Below are positions 55,535 through 64,000 of a DNA stretch of 64,000 bases, piece by piece. Position numbers and translations under genes: made by a program. Position 1 is the stretch's first letter. Every line of letters begins with the position of its first letter. The notes under the pieces are model-generated. The model was not told the DNA's origin. It did no database searches and was given only the letters and a program-made list of their open reading frames with translations. Source of the DNA: Planctomycetota bacterium (GTDB lineage: Bacteria; Planctomycetota; B15-G4; SIAN01); assembly GCA_031409275.1 (NCBI GenBank), contig JANNXA010000014.1:1-64000 (forward strand), given 5' to 3'.

Positions 55535-57946
55535 ATGACGATGCGCGTGGCAGGCGGCGCTGGGGCCGCGTTGAGCTTGATCCTCTGGGCGGGCTGCAGC
55601 CGTGACGAGGACGCAGCCGCGGACGCGCCTTCGCGGAATGCGAGTCTCTCGCCCCGCAAACCGGCAGCAGCTCCGGGGAAGACCGCCGCGAGCGCACCGC
55701 CAGCGACCCGAGCGCCGCGAGCCGAGCGCGGGCCCGTGCTCGTCGCCCCGGACTCGGAAGCGCCGATCGCGATCGAGCGCCCGCTGTTCGCGCGACTGCC
55801 GAGCAGCACGATCGGCGCGCTGCGCCTGCCTCGTCTCGACCTGCTCGGCACTGCGGCGCAACGCACCGCGATGCAGGAACTCCTCGACTCGCCCCAGTTC
55901 GCGGCCCTGCGCGAACCGGCGCAGGCGAGCCTCGACCAGGCGTTCGCGGAACTCCGTCGACAGTCCCCCGAGCTGCTGCCGTTGCTGGACGAATTGAAGC
56001 AGTCGACGGGTGAACTCGTGATCGCGTGGCTCGGCCTCGACCCGCTCGCCTTCAGCGGGAGCGGCGTCAGCGATCGCTTCCCGGTCACCCTCGCGCTCCT
56101 CCACGACGCCCGTTCCGGTGCCGATCGTCTCGACCACCTCCTCGATCAGGCGATCGCGAGCGCGTCCGGTCGCGTGAACGGCGCCTCGCTCGAGCTCGTC
56201 GCACGCACCCCGCACGGGTGGCTGCGGCGGCTGCGCCACGACGGGCTGCAGCTCGACTTCGAGCGTGACGGAACGACGTTCACGCTGAAACTCGGCCCCG
56301 ACACCGGCAGTGACGAACGGCCGCTGCCGCCGCTGGCGCTCGGCGAGTCGTTCGCCGCGACCGACGTGGTCCGCGCATGCGCCCCCACGCGCGCCGCGGC
56401 CACGCCGATCGTCGAGGGTTTCCTCCACCTCGAATCGGTCTGGCAGCTGTGCCAACGCGTCGGGACGCTGACTCTGGGCTCGATCCTGACGGACGGCGGT
56501 TTCACCTCGATTCGCGGCGTGGCAGCGTCCTGCTCGCTCGCGGAGACTGGGCTCGACGAGTGCATCCGTCTGGTCGCGCCCGAAGGCAAGGACTTGCTCA
56601 GCGCGGCGTTCACGGCGCGCCAGCTCGACGCCGCATTGGCGCGCTGGCTGCCAGCGGACGCCAGCTACGTTTCGCTCCAGAGCTTCGACCTCGCCGGAAC
56701 CTACGAACGAGTCATGGCGCTGCTTCCCGTCGCCGCTCGCACCGAGTTCGAGCAGCAGCTCGGCCAGCTCGCCACGCGCGACGGGTTCGATCTCAAGCGC
56801 GACGTCATCCAGAACCTCGGACCGACCTTCGCGACGATCGGCGGCGGGGACCTCCTGACCGCGATGCGAAGCGCGACGGCGCCCGAGTTCGCGCTCGCGA
56901 TCGAACTGCAGGACGGCGCTCGGCTGCGCCGAGTCGTCGAACAGGCGATGCGTGCCAGCGGCATGGGCACGCGCACGCGAACGCGGGCCCTCTGCGGCCA
57001 GCTGATCACGCGCTGCGAGCCGGTTCCGCTGCCGCTCGGCGAAGGCGGGCGGATGGTCTCGCTGGTCCCGCAGTGGTGGATCGGCGACCAGGCTCTGCTC
57101 TTCTCGACCTCGGACCGCGCGATGGAGCAGATGCTGACGGCGGGCAAGGACGAGAAGGCGCGTGGTCCGGCGCCGGTCCGTGACGCGCTGGCCGCGCAAG
57201 GGGAACACCTCTTCGGCCTCACCTACGACGAGACGCTCGGCGACCTCGGATTGACCCTGGCGCGCCGCACCGCAACCGGCCTCGAACTGCGAAGCTGCGG
57301 CGGCAAGGGCGCGATGACCCTGGTCACGGCCGCGCTGCTGACCGGCGTCGTGCCGGCGATCGCGATCCCGAAGTTGCTCGTGGCGCGGATCGAGGCGAAC
57401 GAACAGGCGGCGATCGCCAACCTGCAGGCCATCGGCTCGGCACAGGCGCTCTTCCACGAACAGGCGCGCGTCGACAGCGACGGTGACGGTCACGGCGAGT
57501 ACGCGACGCTCGCCGAATTGACCGGCGCGGCGGCGGCGCGCGGCGGCGGCTCCAAGGAGTCCCGACCGCTCGCTTCGGAACGGCTGCGGCCTGACGAAAG
57601 CGGGACGGCCGAGTGCAACGGCTACCGCTACCGAATCGACCTGCCGATGGCGTTGCGACGCGGCGGCGGCCCGATCCCGGTCGTCGTCGCCGAGCGCGCC
57701 GAACTCGAATTCGTCGCCTACGCATGGCCGGTCCAGCCCGGCACCACCGGCAATCGCGTCTTCGCGCTCGATGCGGAAGGGTCGCTCTGGACCTCCGACA
57801 ATCGTGGCGAACAGCAGGGCTACAGCGGCCTTGCACGCATGCCGCCGCAGGATGCGAGCGAAGAGCGCGACCGGGCGGAACGGGTGAGCGGTGTGACGGC
57901 GGTCCGGCGCGGGCGCGACGCCGGCGTTTGGCTCGAGCTCAAGTGA
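55535..57946 (+). CDS. Lipoprotein: DUF3352-like domain plus C-terminal pilin-like domain
   Basis: Lipobox WAGC; LPADA...SFDL and DLKRDVIQNLG; C-terminal AIAIPKLLVARIEANEQAAIANL...GYRY...AWP...GTTGNRVF. Confidence 0.65.
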   Translation: MTMRVAGGAGAALSLILWAGCSRDEDAAADAPSRNASLSPRKPAAAPGKTAASAPPATRAPRAERGPVLVAPDSEAPIAIERPLFARLPSSTIGALRLPRLDLLGTAAQRTAMQELLDSPQFAALREPAQASLDQAFAELRRQSPELLPLLDELKQSTGELVIAWLGLDPLAFSGSGVSDRFPVTLALLHDARSGADRLDHLLDQAIASASGRVNGASLELVARTPHGWLRRLRHDGLQLDFERDGTTFTLKLGPDTGSDERPLPPLALGESFAATDVVRACAPTRAAATPIVEGFLHLESVWQLCQRVGTLTLGSILTDGGFTSIRGVAASCSLAETGLDECIRLVAPEGKDLLSAAFTARQLDAALARWLPADASYVSLQSFDLAGTYERVMALLPVAARTEFEQQLGQLATRDGFDLKRDVIQNLGPTFATIGGGDLLTAMRSATAPEFALAIELQDGARLRRVVEQAMRASGMGTRTRTRALCGQLITRCEPVPLPLGEGGRMVSLVPQWWIGDQALLFSTSDRAMEQMLTAGKDEKARGPAPVRDALAAQGEHLFGLTYDETLGDLGLTLARRTATGLELRSCGGKGAMTLVTAALLTGVVPAIAIPKLLVARIEANEQAAIANLQAIGSAQALFHEQARVDSDGDGHGEYATLAELTGAAAARGGGSKESRPLASERLRPDESGTAECNGYRYRIDLPMALRRGGGPIPVVVAERAELEFVAYAWPVQPGTTGNRVFALDAEGSLWTSDNRGEQQGYSGLARMPPQDASEERDRAERVSGVTAVRRGRDAGVWLELK

Positions 57947-57967
57947 CCGCCGCCGCTCGACCCGCGG

Positions 57968-60001
57968 TCAGCCGCCGAGTCCGTCGTCGAAGTTGACCGG
58001 CGCGGCCAGACGCACCCGGATCCCGAGCTCACGCTCGTTCACGGTGAGCATCAGCGTCAGCCAGCGGAAGATCGACAACCCGGCGAGGTCCTTGCGCAGG
58101 GCCTCGGTCCGCGCCGGCAACGTCTGCTCCTTCCACTCTCGTTCGAGCGCTTCGATGCGCGTGTCGACCTCCGGATCGAGCTTGCGGCGCGCCGCCTCGT
58201 CGAGCCCCTTCCCCACCAGTTCGGGGTGCCGTTCGCGAATCACCTCGCGCTCGACGCCGCGTCGGATGGTCACCCAGTCGGGCCGCGTCTGCTCTTCCGC
58301 GAAGACGACGCACAGGTCGTCGATGACCTTGCGCAGGCGGTCGGACGAAGCGAAGACGAACCCCTGTCCGAATCCGTTCACCGCCTCCTGCGCCTGGCGG
58401 TACTGAAGCTCGGTCTGCAGCCCGACGTTGCGCCCCGATTCGACGTTCATCTTCTGCACCGAGATCTCGTCGAGCATCTTGCCGGTGGTGGTGACGACGA
58501 TGCACGGGCGCTTCTGCAGCTCGAGCAGCCCGATGCCGAACGACGGGAGATCGTCGTCGATGGTCTTCAACTCGTGGAACTTGATCTCGTCGAAACCCTG
58601 GTAGGTCCAGGTCCAGACGTTGGGGATCTCGCGCGGCCGCGCGCGCAGCGCGCTGACGATCGTGTCGACGAACTGCTGCGCGACGTCGCGATCGGCGACC
58701 GGGAAGACGAGCGCCACGCGCGGACCGTTGCGCGGATCGGGGTAGATGACGACGCCGGCGTCCGCGCCGGGCGGCGAGTAGGCCTCGTCGGGCTCGACGG
58801 CAAAGGCGATCTCGTCGCCGACGACCTGCGCGAACGAGTCGAGGAGTTCCACCGTCGACTTCGGCTGGAACTGGCCCGCCGCGAACTTCAGGTTCGGGAT
58901 GAAGTCCTCGTTCATCAGCTTGCGCAGCTCGGGCTCCATCAAGCTCTCGATGCGGCGCAACAGCTGGCGCACATCGAGCCGCAGGTGGCCGGCCAGCGCC
59001 ACCTTCGCGGGAAAGACCTTCCCGCAGAAGGACCACGACGTGGCGAGATCGTCGGTCGCGCCGTCGAGCACGCCGCCCGCCACCGGCGTCAACGCGGGCC
59101 GATCGACGGTCACGTTCGTCGTCCACTCGATCTGGTTGCCGAGCGCGACGCGGCCCATCGCGGCGCCGAAGAACTTCGGATCGAGCAGCGCGCGCGCGAA
59201 GCGCATCAGCAGCGGATCTTCAGGGGTCGCTGGCGGAGCGGTGATGCCGAACTGCTTGCAGGCCGTCGGAATGTCGACCACGTAGTCGATCGGACGACCC
59301 ACCGGCGAGGGCGCCATCACCGCGGAGCGATATTGCGGCGAATCATCGAGCGAGAGCGTGTCGCCCTCCGCGAGTTTGCGCATCTCGTGGACGAGGTCGA
59401 AGTCGTTGCCGGCGATCAACGCATCCTCGGAACGGGCGAGGTGCCAGCGCTCGCCGTTCACGGTCAGGCTGCTGACCCCGTCCTGTTCCTCGTATGCGGA
59501 GATCAGTTCGCCCTGCAGCTTGCGCACCATGGAGAAGCGCACGGCCTCGGCGAAGAGCTTGGTCCGGAACGAGCCGCGGGCGATGACGGCGACCGCGAGC
59601 GAGCCATCGGCGCGCCAACGGCCGCAGCAGAGCACCTCGCGTCCGGCGAGGTCCTTCATCAGATCGAGCGGCGCGATCTGCGGCGGCAGCGCGGCGAGAT
59701 CAGCGAACGCCTGCTCGATCGCCGCGGTCGGCGCGTGGTCGGCGAACCAGCGCGTCGCGGTGAAGCTCTTCCACTCGTCCTTGAGCCGCAGGTTGGCGAA
59801 GAATCGCGGCATGGGGAACGCGGTGAAGTCGCGCGCGAACTCGGCGCGCCGGAGCATGAAGTGGACGTCCTTCGGCACCAGCGGGTCGAGCGTCGGACGG
59901 CCGCCCGCGAAGGGGTCGAAGAAGACCGCCCGGAAGGCGACGTAGGCGATGACCAGCACGAAGAGAGCGAGGATCGCCACGATCTTGAGGAAGCGCTTCA
60001 T
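57968..60001 (-). CDS. Membrane-anchored hypothetical protein (possibly DUF3352-like)
   Basis: N-terminal anchor, strong codon bias, DLMKDLAGRE and VVGDEIAFA segments. Confidence 0.7.
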   Translation of the reverse strand: MKRFLKIVAILALFVLVIAYVAFRAVFFDPFAGGRPTLDPLVPKDVHFMLRRAEFARDFTAFPMPRFFANLRLKDEWKSFTATRWFADHAPTAAIEQAFADLAALPPQIAPLDLMKDLAGREVLCCGRWRADGSLAVAVIARGSFRTKLFAEAVRFSMVRKLQGELISAYEEQDGVSSLTVNGERWHLARSEDALIAGNDFDLVHEMRKLAEGDTLSLDDSPQYRSAVMAPSPVGRPIDYVVDIPTACKQFGITAPPATPEDPLLMRFARALLDPKFFGAAMGRVALGNQIEWTTNVTVDRPALTPVAGGVLDGATDDLATSWSFCGKVFPAKVALAGHLRLDVRQLLRRIESLMEPELRKLMNEDFIPNLKFAAGQFQPKSTVELLDSFAQVVGDEIAFAVEPDEAYSPPGADAGVVIYPDPRNGPRVALVFPVADRDVAQQFVDTIVSALRARPREIPNVWTWTYQGFDEIKFHELKTIDDDLPSFGIGLLELQKRPCIVVTTTGKMLDEISVQKMNVESGRNVGLQTELQYRQAQEAVNGFGQGFVFASSDRLRKVIDDLCVVFAEEQTRPDWVTIRRGVEREVIRERHPELVGKGLDEAARRKLDPEVDTRIEALEREWKEQTLPARTEALRKDLAGLSIFRWLTLMLTVNERELGIRVRLAAPVNFDDGLGG

Positions 60002-60129
60002 CGGGTGGGTCCGGTACTCCTTTCCGCTGCGCGTTCGAGCGGCAGCGGCTCGCCTTGTGGGACGAAAAGGGCAAGGCTACATTCCCCGGGCTCTTTCGAA
60101 GGCTCGCTCTCCCGCACTCGGATGACCGC

Positions 60130-61311
60130 TTGATCGTCGCGAAACGTCTCCTGCAGATCTCGCCGTCGGCCCCTTTGGCGCTGATGCAGAAGGCTGCGAC
60201 GCTGCGCGAGCAGGGGCGCGACATCCTGAGCCTCGGCGCCGGCGAGCCTGACTTCGAGACGCCGAAGGCCGCCCGAGACGCCGCGCACGCCGCCATCGAG
60301 GGCGGCAAGACGCACTACACGGCGTGCGCGGGCGAGAAGTCGCTGCGCAGCGCCATCGCCGACAAGATGCAGCGCGACCACGGCCTCGCCTACGACTTGA
60401 GCGAGATCCTGGTCAGCAACGGCGCCAAGCAGTCGCTCTACAACGCGTTCCTGGCGCTGCTCGATCCCGGCGACGTCGCGGTGATCCCGACGCCGTACTG
60501 GGTGACCTATCCGGAGGCGACTCGACTGGTCGGTGCCACCCCCCGGCTGGTGTCGAACACCGCGGCGAGCGGCTTTCGGCTCGACCCCGACCGCCTCGAC
60601 GAGGCGCTGCGGGGTGCGCGCCTCTTCATCTTCAACTCGCCGAGCAATCCGACGGGCGCGGTCTACTCGCGCGCGGAGGTCGCCGCGCTCGGCGCCGTGC
60701 TCGAGCGCCACGACTGCTGGATCGTCACCGACGAGATCTACGAGAAGCTCGTCTTCGATGGCGCCAGCCACCACTCGCTCCCCTCCGTCTGCCCCAAGCT
60801 GCGCGAACGCACCGTCGTCGTGAACGGCTTGTCGAAGGCGTACGCAATGACCGGCTGGCGAATGGGCTACGCCGCTGGGCCGCGCACCGCCATCGCCGCG
60901 ATGGACCTCGTCCAGAGCCACACCAGCAGCAACGCCAGCTCGATCTCGCAGCACGCCGCCGAAGCCGCGCTGCGCAGCGAGGGGTCGGAGCTCGGAGTGA
61001 TGGTCGCGGCCTTCGCGCGCCGGCGCCGTCTCGTCCTCGCCGGCCTCGCGTCGATCCGCGGGCTGACGTTGGTGCCGCCGCAAGGCGCCTTCTACGCGTT
61101 CCCTGACGTGTCGAGCTTCCTCGGCGGAGCGCTCGCGAACGCCACCCTCTTGTGCGAGCGAATGCTCGACACGGTGGGCGTCGCGACGGTTTCCGGCGAG
61201 GCGTTCGGCGACCCCAACTGCATCCGTCTCTCGTACGCCACCGCCGACGCCACGCTGACCGAAGCGCTCGCCCGCATGGCCCGTTTCTTCGCCACGCTTC
61301 GATCCGTCTGA
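60130..61311 (+). CDS. Class I PLP aminotransferase (aspartate aminotransferase type)
   Basis: GAGEPDF, NGAKQ, PYWVTY, NSPSNPTG, DEIY, SKAYAMTGWRMG and RLSYA motifs; TTG start. Confidence 0.93.
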   Translation: MIVAKRLLQISPSAPLALMQKAATLREQGRDILSLGAGEPDFETPKAARDAAHAAIEGGKTHYTACAGEKSLRSAIADKMQRDHGLAYDLSEILVSNGAKQSLYNAFLALLDPGDVAVIPTPYWVTYPEATRLVGATPRLVSNTAASGFRLDPDRLDEALRGARLFIFNSPSNPTGAVYSRAEVAALGAVLERHDCWIVTDEIYEKLVFDGASHHSLPSVCPKLRERTVVVNGLSKAYAMTGWRMGYAAGPRTAIAAMDLVQSHTSSNASSISQHAAEAALRSEGSELGVMVAAFARRRRLVLAGLASIRGLTLVPPQGAFYAFPDVSSFLGGALANATLLCERMLDTVGVATVSGEAFGDPNCIRLSYATADATLTEALARMARFFATLRSV

Positions 61312-61321
61312 GGAGTCGCCG

Positions 61322-62659
61322 ATGTCGCGAGACCTGCGCAACGGCTTCCTGGTCACGCTGCCGCTCTCCGCCTCGGTGGTCTGCGCCGCGCTGCTGATGA
61401 CGCACTCGCGCGCCGAGGAGGACAACCCGCGCGTCTTCCAGCAGGCCGACCTGATCGCGAAGGTGCTCACCCGCCTCGAACAGGACTACGTCGAGCGCTT
61501 CGACGACGACAAGAGCTGGGAGCTGGTCTACGGCGGCATCAAGGCGATGACGAAGCGCCTCGATCCCTATTCGGTCTTCCTCACCCCCCAGGAGAGCCGG
61601 CCGTTCGCCGAGGAGACGCACAAGAACTACGTCGGCGTCGGCTTCGCCACCAACCCGCAGGCGCCGCCGATCACCATCGACTACGTCTTCGAGCACTCGC
61701 CGGCCGAACGCGCCGGCCTCGTGCCCGGCGATCGCGTGGTCGCCATCGACGGCGAAGCGATCGCGTCGCTCACGCGCGAAGAGGCGATCGAACGCATCAA
61801 GGGGCAGCCGGGCACCACGGTGAAGCTCGCGGTGGTGCGCGCGGCCGGCGGCTTAGAGGAGACGTTCGGGCTCGAGCGCGCGCGCATCCCGCAGTCGTCC
61901 GTCGTCGGCGGCGAGATCATCGACGGCACCGACGGCGTGGCCTACCTCTACGTCGATGGCTTCGGCGACGCGACCGTGCGCGAGTTCGACTTCGCGATGG
62001 AGCAGCTCGCGCAGCGTGGCATGAAGGCGCTGGTGCTCGACCTGCGCTTCAACAACGGCGGCCTGCTCGACCTCTCGCGCACCTTCGCCAACCGCTTCCT
62101 CCGCGACGGCCCCATCGTCAGCATCCGCTACCGGGCGCCGCGCGAAGGGCTCACCCATCGCGCCGACCCCGCCGAGTGCAAGTGGCCCGACCTGCCGCTC
62201 GTCGTGCTGGTGAACGGCGATTCGGCATCGGCTGCGGAGATCGTCGCCGGCGCGCTGCAGGACCAGGGCCGCGCGCTGCTGGTGGGCGAGCGGACCTACG
62301 GCAAGGGCGTGGTCCAGTCGATCTGGAAGATCCCGCTCGATTTCGGCCCGGAAGAGGAGCGCGAGGCGACGCTGAAGCTCACCACCGCCGAGTACCTCAC
62401 GCCGTCCGGTCGCGCCATCGAGAAGCGCGTCACGCGCCAGCAGAAGATCCTCGGCGGGCTCGAGCCCGACTTCACCGTGCGCGTCGACAAGGCGCGCAAC
62501 GAGGAGCTCGTCGAGCGGATCCGCATCCTGCACGTGCCGTTGCGCTGGCGCGAGCAGCACCTCGCCACCCATCAACGCACGCTGCCGCCGCTGCACGACC
62601 GGCAGCTCGACGCGGCGCTGGCCGTGCTTCGCGGCGAAACGCCGACGCAGGACTTCTAG
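61322..62659 (+). CDS. ctpA: C-terminal processing protease (S41, PDZ)
   Basis: LDPYS, PDZ SPAERAGL, DLRFNNGG, SASAAEIV and TYGKG motifs. Confidence 0.9.
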   Translation: MSRDLRNGFLVTLPLSASVVCAALLMTHSRAEEDNPRVFQQADLIAKVLTRLEQDYVERFDDDKSWELVYGGIKAMTKRLDPYSVFLTPQESRPFAEETHKNYVGVGFATNPQAPPITIDYVFEHSPAERAGLVPGDRVVAIDGEAIASLTREEAIERIKGQPGTTVKLAVVRAAGGLEETFGLERARIPQSSVVGGEIIDGTDGVAYLYVDGFGDATVREFDFAMEQLAQRGMKALVLDLRFNNGGLLDLSRTFANRFLRDGPIVSIRYRAPREGLTHRADPAECKWPDLPLVVLVNGDSASAAEIVAGALQDQGRALLVGERTYGKGVVQSIWKIPLDFGPEEEREATLKLTTAEYLTPSGRAIEKRVTRQQKILGGLEPDFTVRVDKARNEELVERIRILHVPLRWREQHLATHQRTLPPLHDRQLDAALAVLRGETPTQDF

Positions 62660-62661
62660 GA

Positions 62662-63714
62662 ATGGCGGACACCGGCTTGCTCGACGGTCTCATCCTCGGC
62701 ATCGAGAGCTCGTGCGACGAGACGGCGGCGGCGCTGCTCGATGCCGACGGTCGGGTGCGCGCTTCGATCGTGCGCAGCCAGATCGATCTCCACGCGGCGT
62801 TCGGTGGCGTCGTGCCCGAGATCGCGGGTCGCAGCCACGTCGAGCACATGCTGCCGGTCCTCGAGGAGTGCTTCGCGAAGGCCGGCGCGCAGCGCAGCGA
62901 AGTGCGGGCGATCGCCGTGACGGTCCAGCCGGGGCTGATCGGCTCGCTGCTGGTCGGCGTGTCGACGGCGAAGGCGTTGGCGCTGGCGCTCGACGTGCCG
63001 CTGGTGCCGGTCGATCACGTCGCGGCGCACGTCTACTCGTGCTTCCACGGCGCGCTCGATCCGCAGTTGCCGGCCGCGTGCCTCGTCGCCTCGGGCGGCC
63101 ACTCGACGCTCTTCGCCGTGCACTCGCTGACGCACCACGAGAAGGTCGGCGAGACGATCGACGACGCTGCCGGCGAGGCGTTCGACAAGGTCTCGGCGAT
63201 CGTCGGGCTCGGCTATCCCGGCGGCCCGATCGTCGACCGGCTGGCCGAACAAGGCGATGCCAAGCGCTTCCGTTTCCCGCGCTCGATGCTGAACAAGGAG
63301 TCGCTCGACTTCAGCTTCTCGGGGCTGAAGACGGCGGTGCTCTACCACTGCCGAGGTCAGGATGGACGCGGCAAGCGCGAGCTCGACGCGCAGGAAGTGC
63401 GCGACGTCTGCGCGTCGTTCCAGGAGGCGGTGGTCGACGTGCTGGCGACGAAGCTGGCACGCACCGCGGAGCGCATCGGCGCGCGCGCGCTCGCCGTCGG
63501 CGGCGGCGTCGCCAGCAATCGCCGGTTGCGCGCGCGCGTCACCGAGCTGGCGGCGCAGCTTTGCCTGCCGCTCCATCTGGCGCCGCGCGAGCTCACCACC
63601 GACAACGCGGTGATGGTGGCCGGACTCGGCCGACTGCTCTTCCAGCAGGGCGTGCGCGCCGGCCTCGACCTCGACGCCCACGCGCGCGCCGTGGCTCCGG
63701 CGCCGTCCGCATGA
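62662..63714 (+). CDS. tsaD: tRNA N6-adenosine threonylcarbamoyltransferase
   Basis: LGIESSCDET, GGVVPE, HVAAH, SGGH, DDAAGEAFDK, FSFSGLKTA and DNAVM motifs. Confidence 0.96.
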   Translation: MADTGLLDGLILGIESSCDETAAALLDADGRVRASIVRSQIDLHAAFGGVVPEIAGRSHVEHMLPVLEECFAKAGAQRSEVRAIAVTVQPGLIGSLLVGVSTAKALALALDVPLVPVDHVAAHVYSCFHGALDPQLPAACLVASGGHSTLFAVHSLTHHEKVGETIDDAAGEAFDKVSAIVGLGYPGGPIVDRLAEQGDAKRFRFPRSMLNKESLDFSFSGLKTAVLYHCRGQDGRGKRELDAQEVRDVCASFQEAVVDVLATKLARTAERIGARALAVGGGVASNRRLRARVTELAAQLCLPLHLAPRELTTDNAVMVAGLGRLLFQQGVRAGLDLDAHARAVAPAPSA

Positions 63715-64000
63715 GCCGCCGCGCCGTGAAACGCTCCACTCGTGCCGCTCGCGGCGGCGACGGCCTGCTCGGATTCGCGCACGTCGACCACGACCGCGCG
63801 CGACGCTGCGGCTTCCCGGAGGTGATCCTCGGCCGCGGCAAGACGCCGGCGCAGGTCGCCGCGATCTTCGCCGAGCTTGCGGCACGTGGCGATCGCGTGC
63901 TGGCGACCCGCTGCAGCGCCGACGCCTTCGCGGCGGTACGCGCCGAGGTGGCGGGCGCCCGCTTCCACGAGCTGGCCGGCGCGATCACCTGGCGGCGCGG
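63711..64000 (+). CDS. larB: Nickel-pincer cofactor biosynthesis protein LarB-like (3'-partial)
   Basis: Own translation ...GFAHVDHDRARRCGFPEVILGRGKTPAQ...VLATR; ATGA overlap with tsaD. Confidence 0.8.
   Translation, partial: MSRRAVKRSTRAARGGDGLLGFAHVDHDRARRCGFPEVILGRGKTPAQVAAIFAELAARGDRVLATRCSADAFAAVRAEVAGARFHELAGAITWRR

Overview
Very GC-rich bacterial chromosomal window, densely coding, with no phage, transposase, integrase, CRISPR array or rRNA detected. Gene styles (rpoZ, L28, the recO-bamD-lptE and ftsH-folP-cdaA order, pilin-like and DUF4388 proteins) suggest a diderm of the PVC group, probably Planctomycetota (inference). In order, the window holds: ftcd-hutI; a diguanylate cyclase coupled to a degenerate histidine kinase; a ~16 kb envelope operon (recO-bamD-lptE-ftsH-folP-cdaA-cdaR-like-glmM-tsaB-alr-AsmA-like-manC); tRNA-Thr and rpoZ; a sigma-54 activator divergent from a DUF4388/MshEN-TPR-TM-PEGA-propeller gene; GH113; rpmB; lptFG divergent from a double LPS-kinase/MsbA-like/GT4/SxtJ-like/carbamoyltransferase/SGNH-SxtK-fusion cluster; two integron attC-like hairpins; a DHH phosphoesterase; a TetR-regulated ABC/MFP/OMF exporter; tandem secreted paralogues; tRNA-Leu; a GT-C-like membrane protein; a lipoprotein with a C-terminal pilin-like domain; an aminotransferase; ctpA, tsaD and larB. 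The best candidates for undescribed biology are the envelope-glycan carbamoylation module, the attC-like hairpin pair and the transmembrane MshEN receptor. All calls come from motif recognition by eye; no database searches were run.
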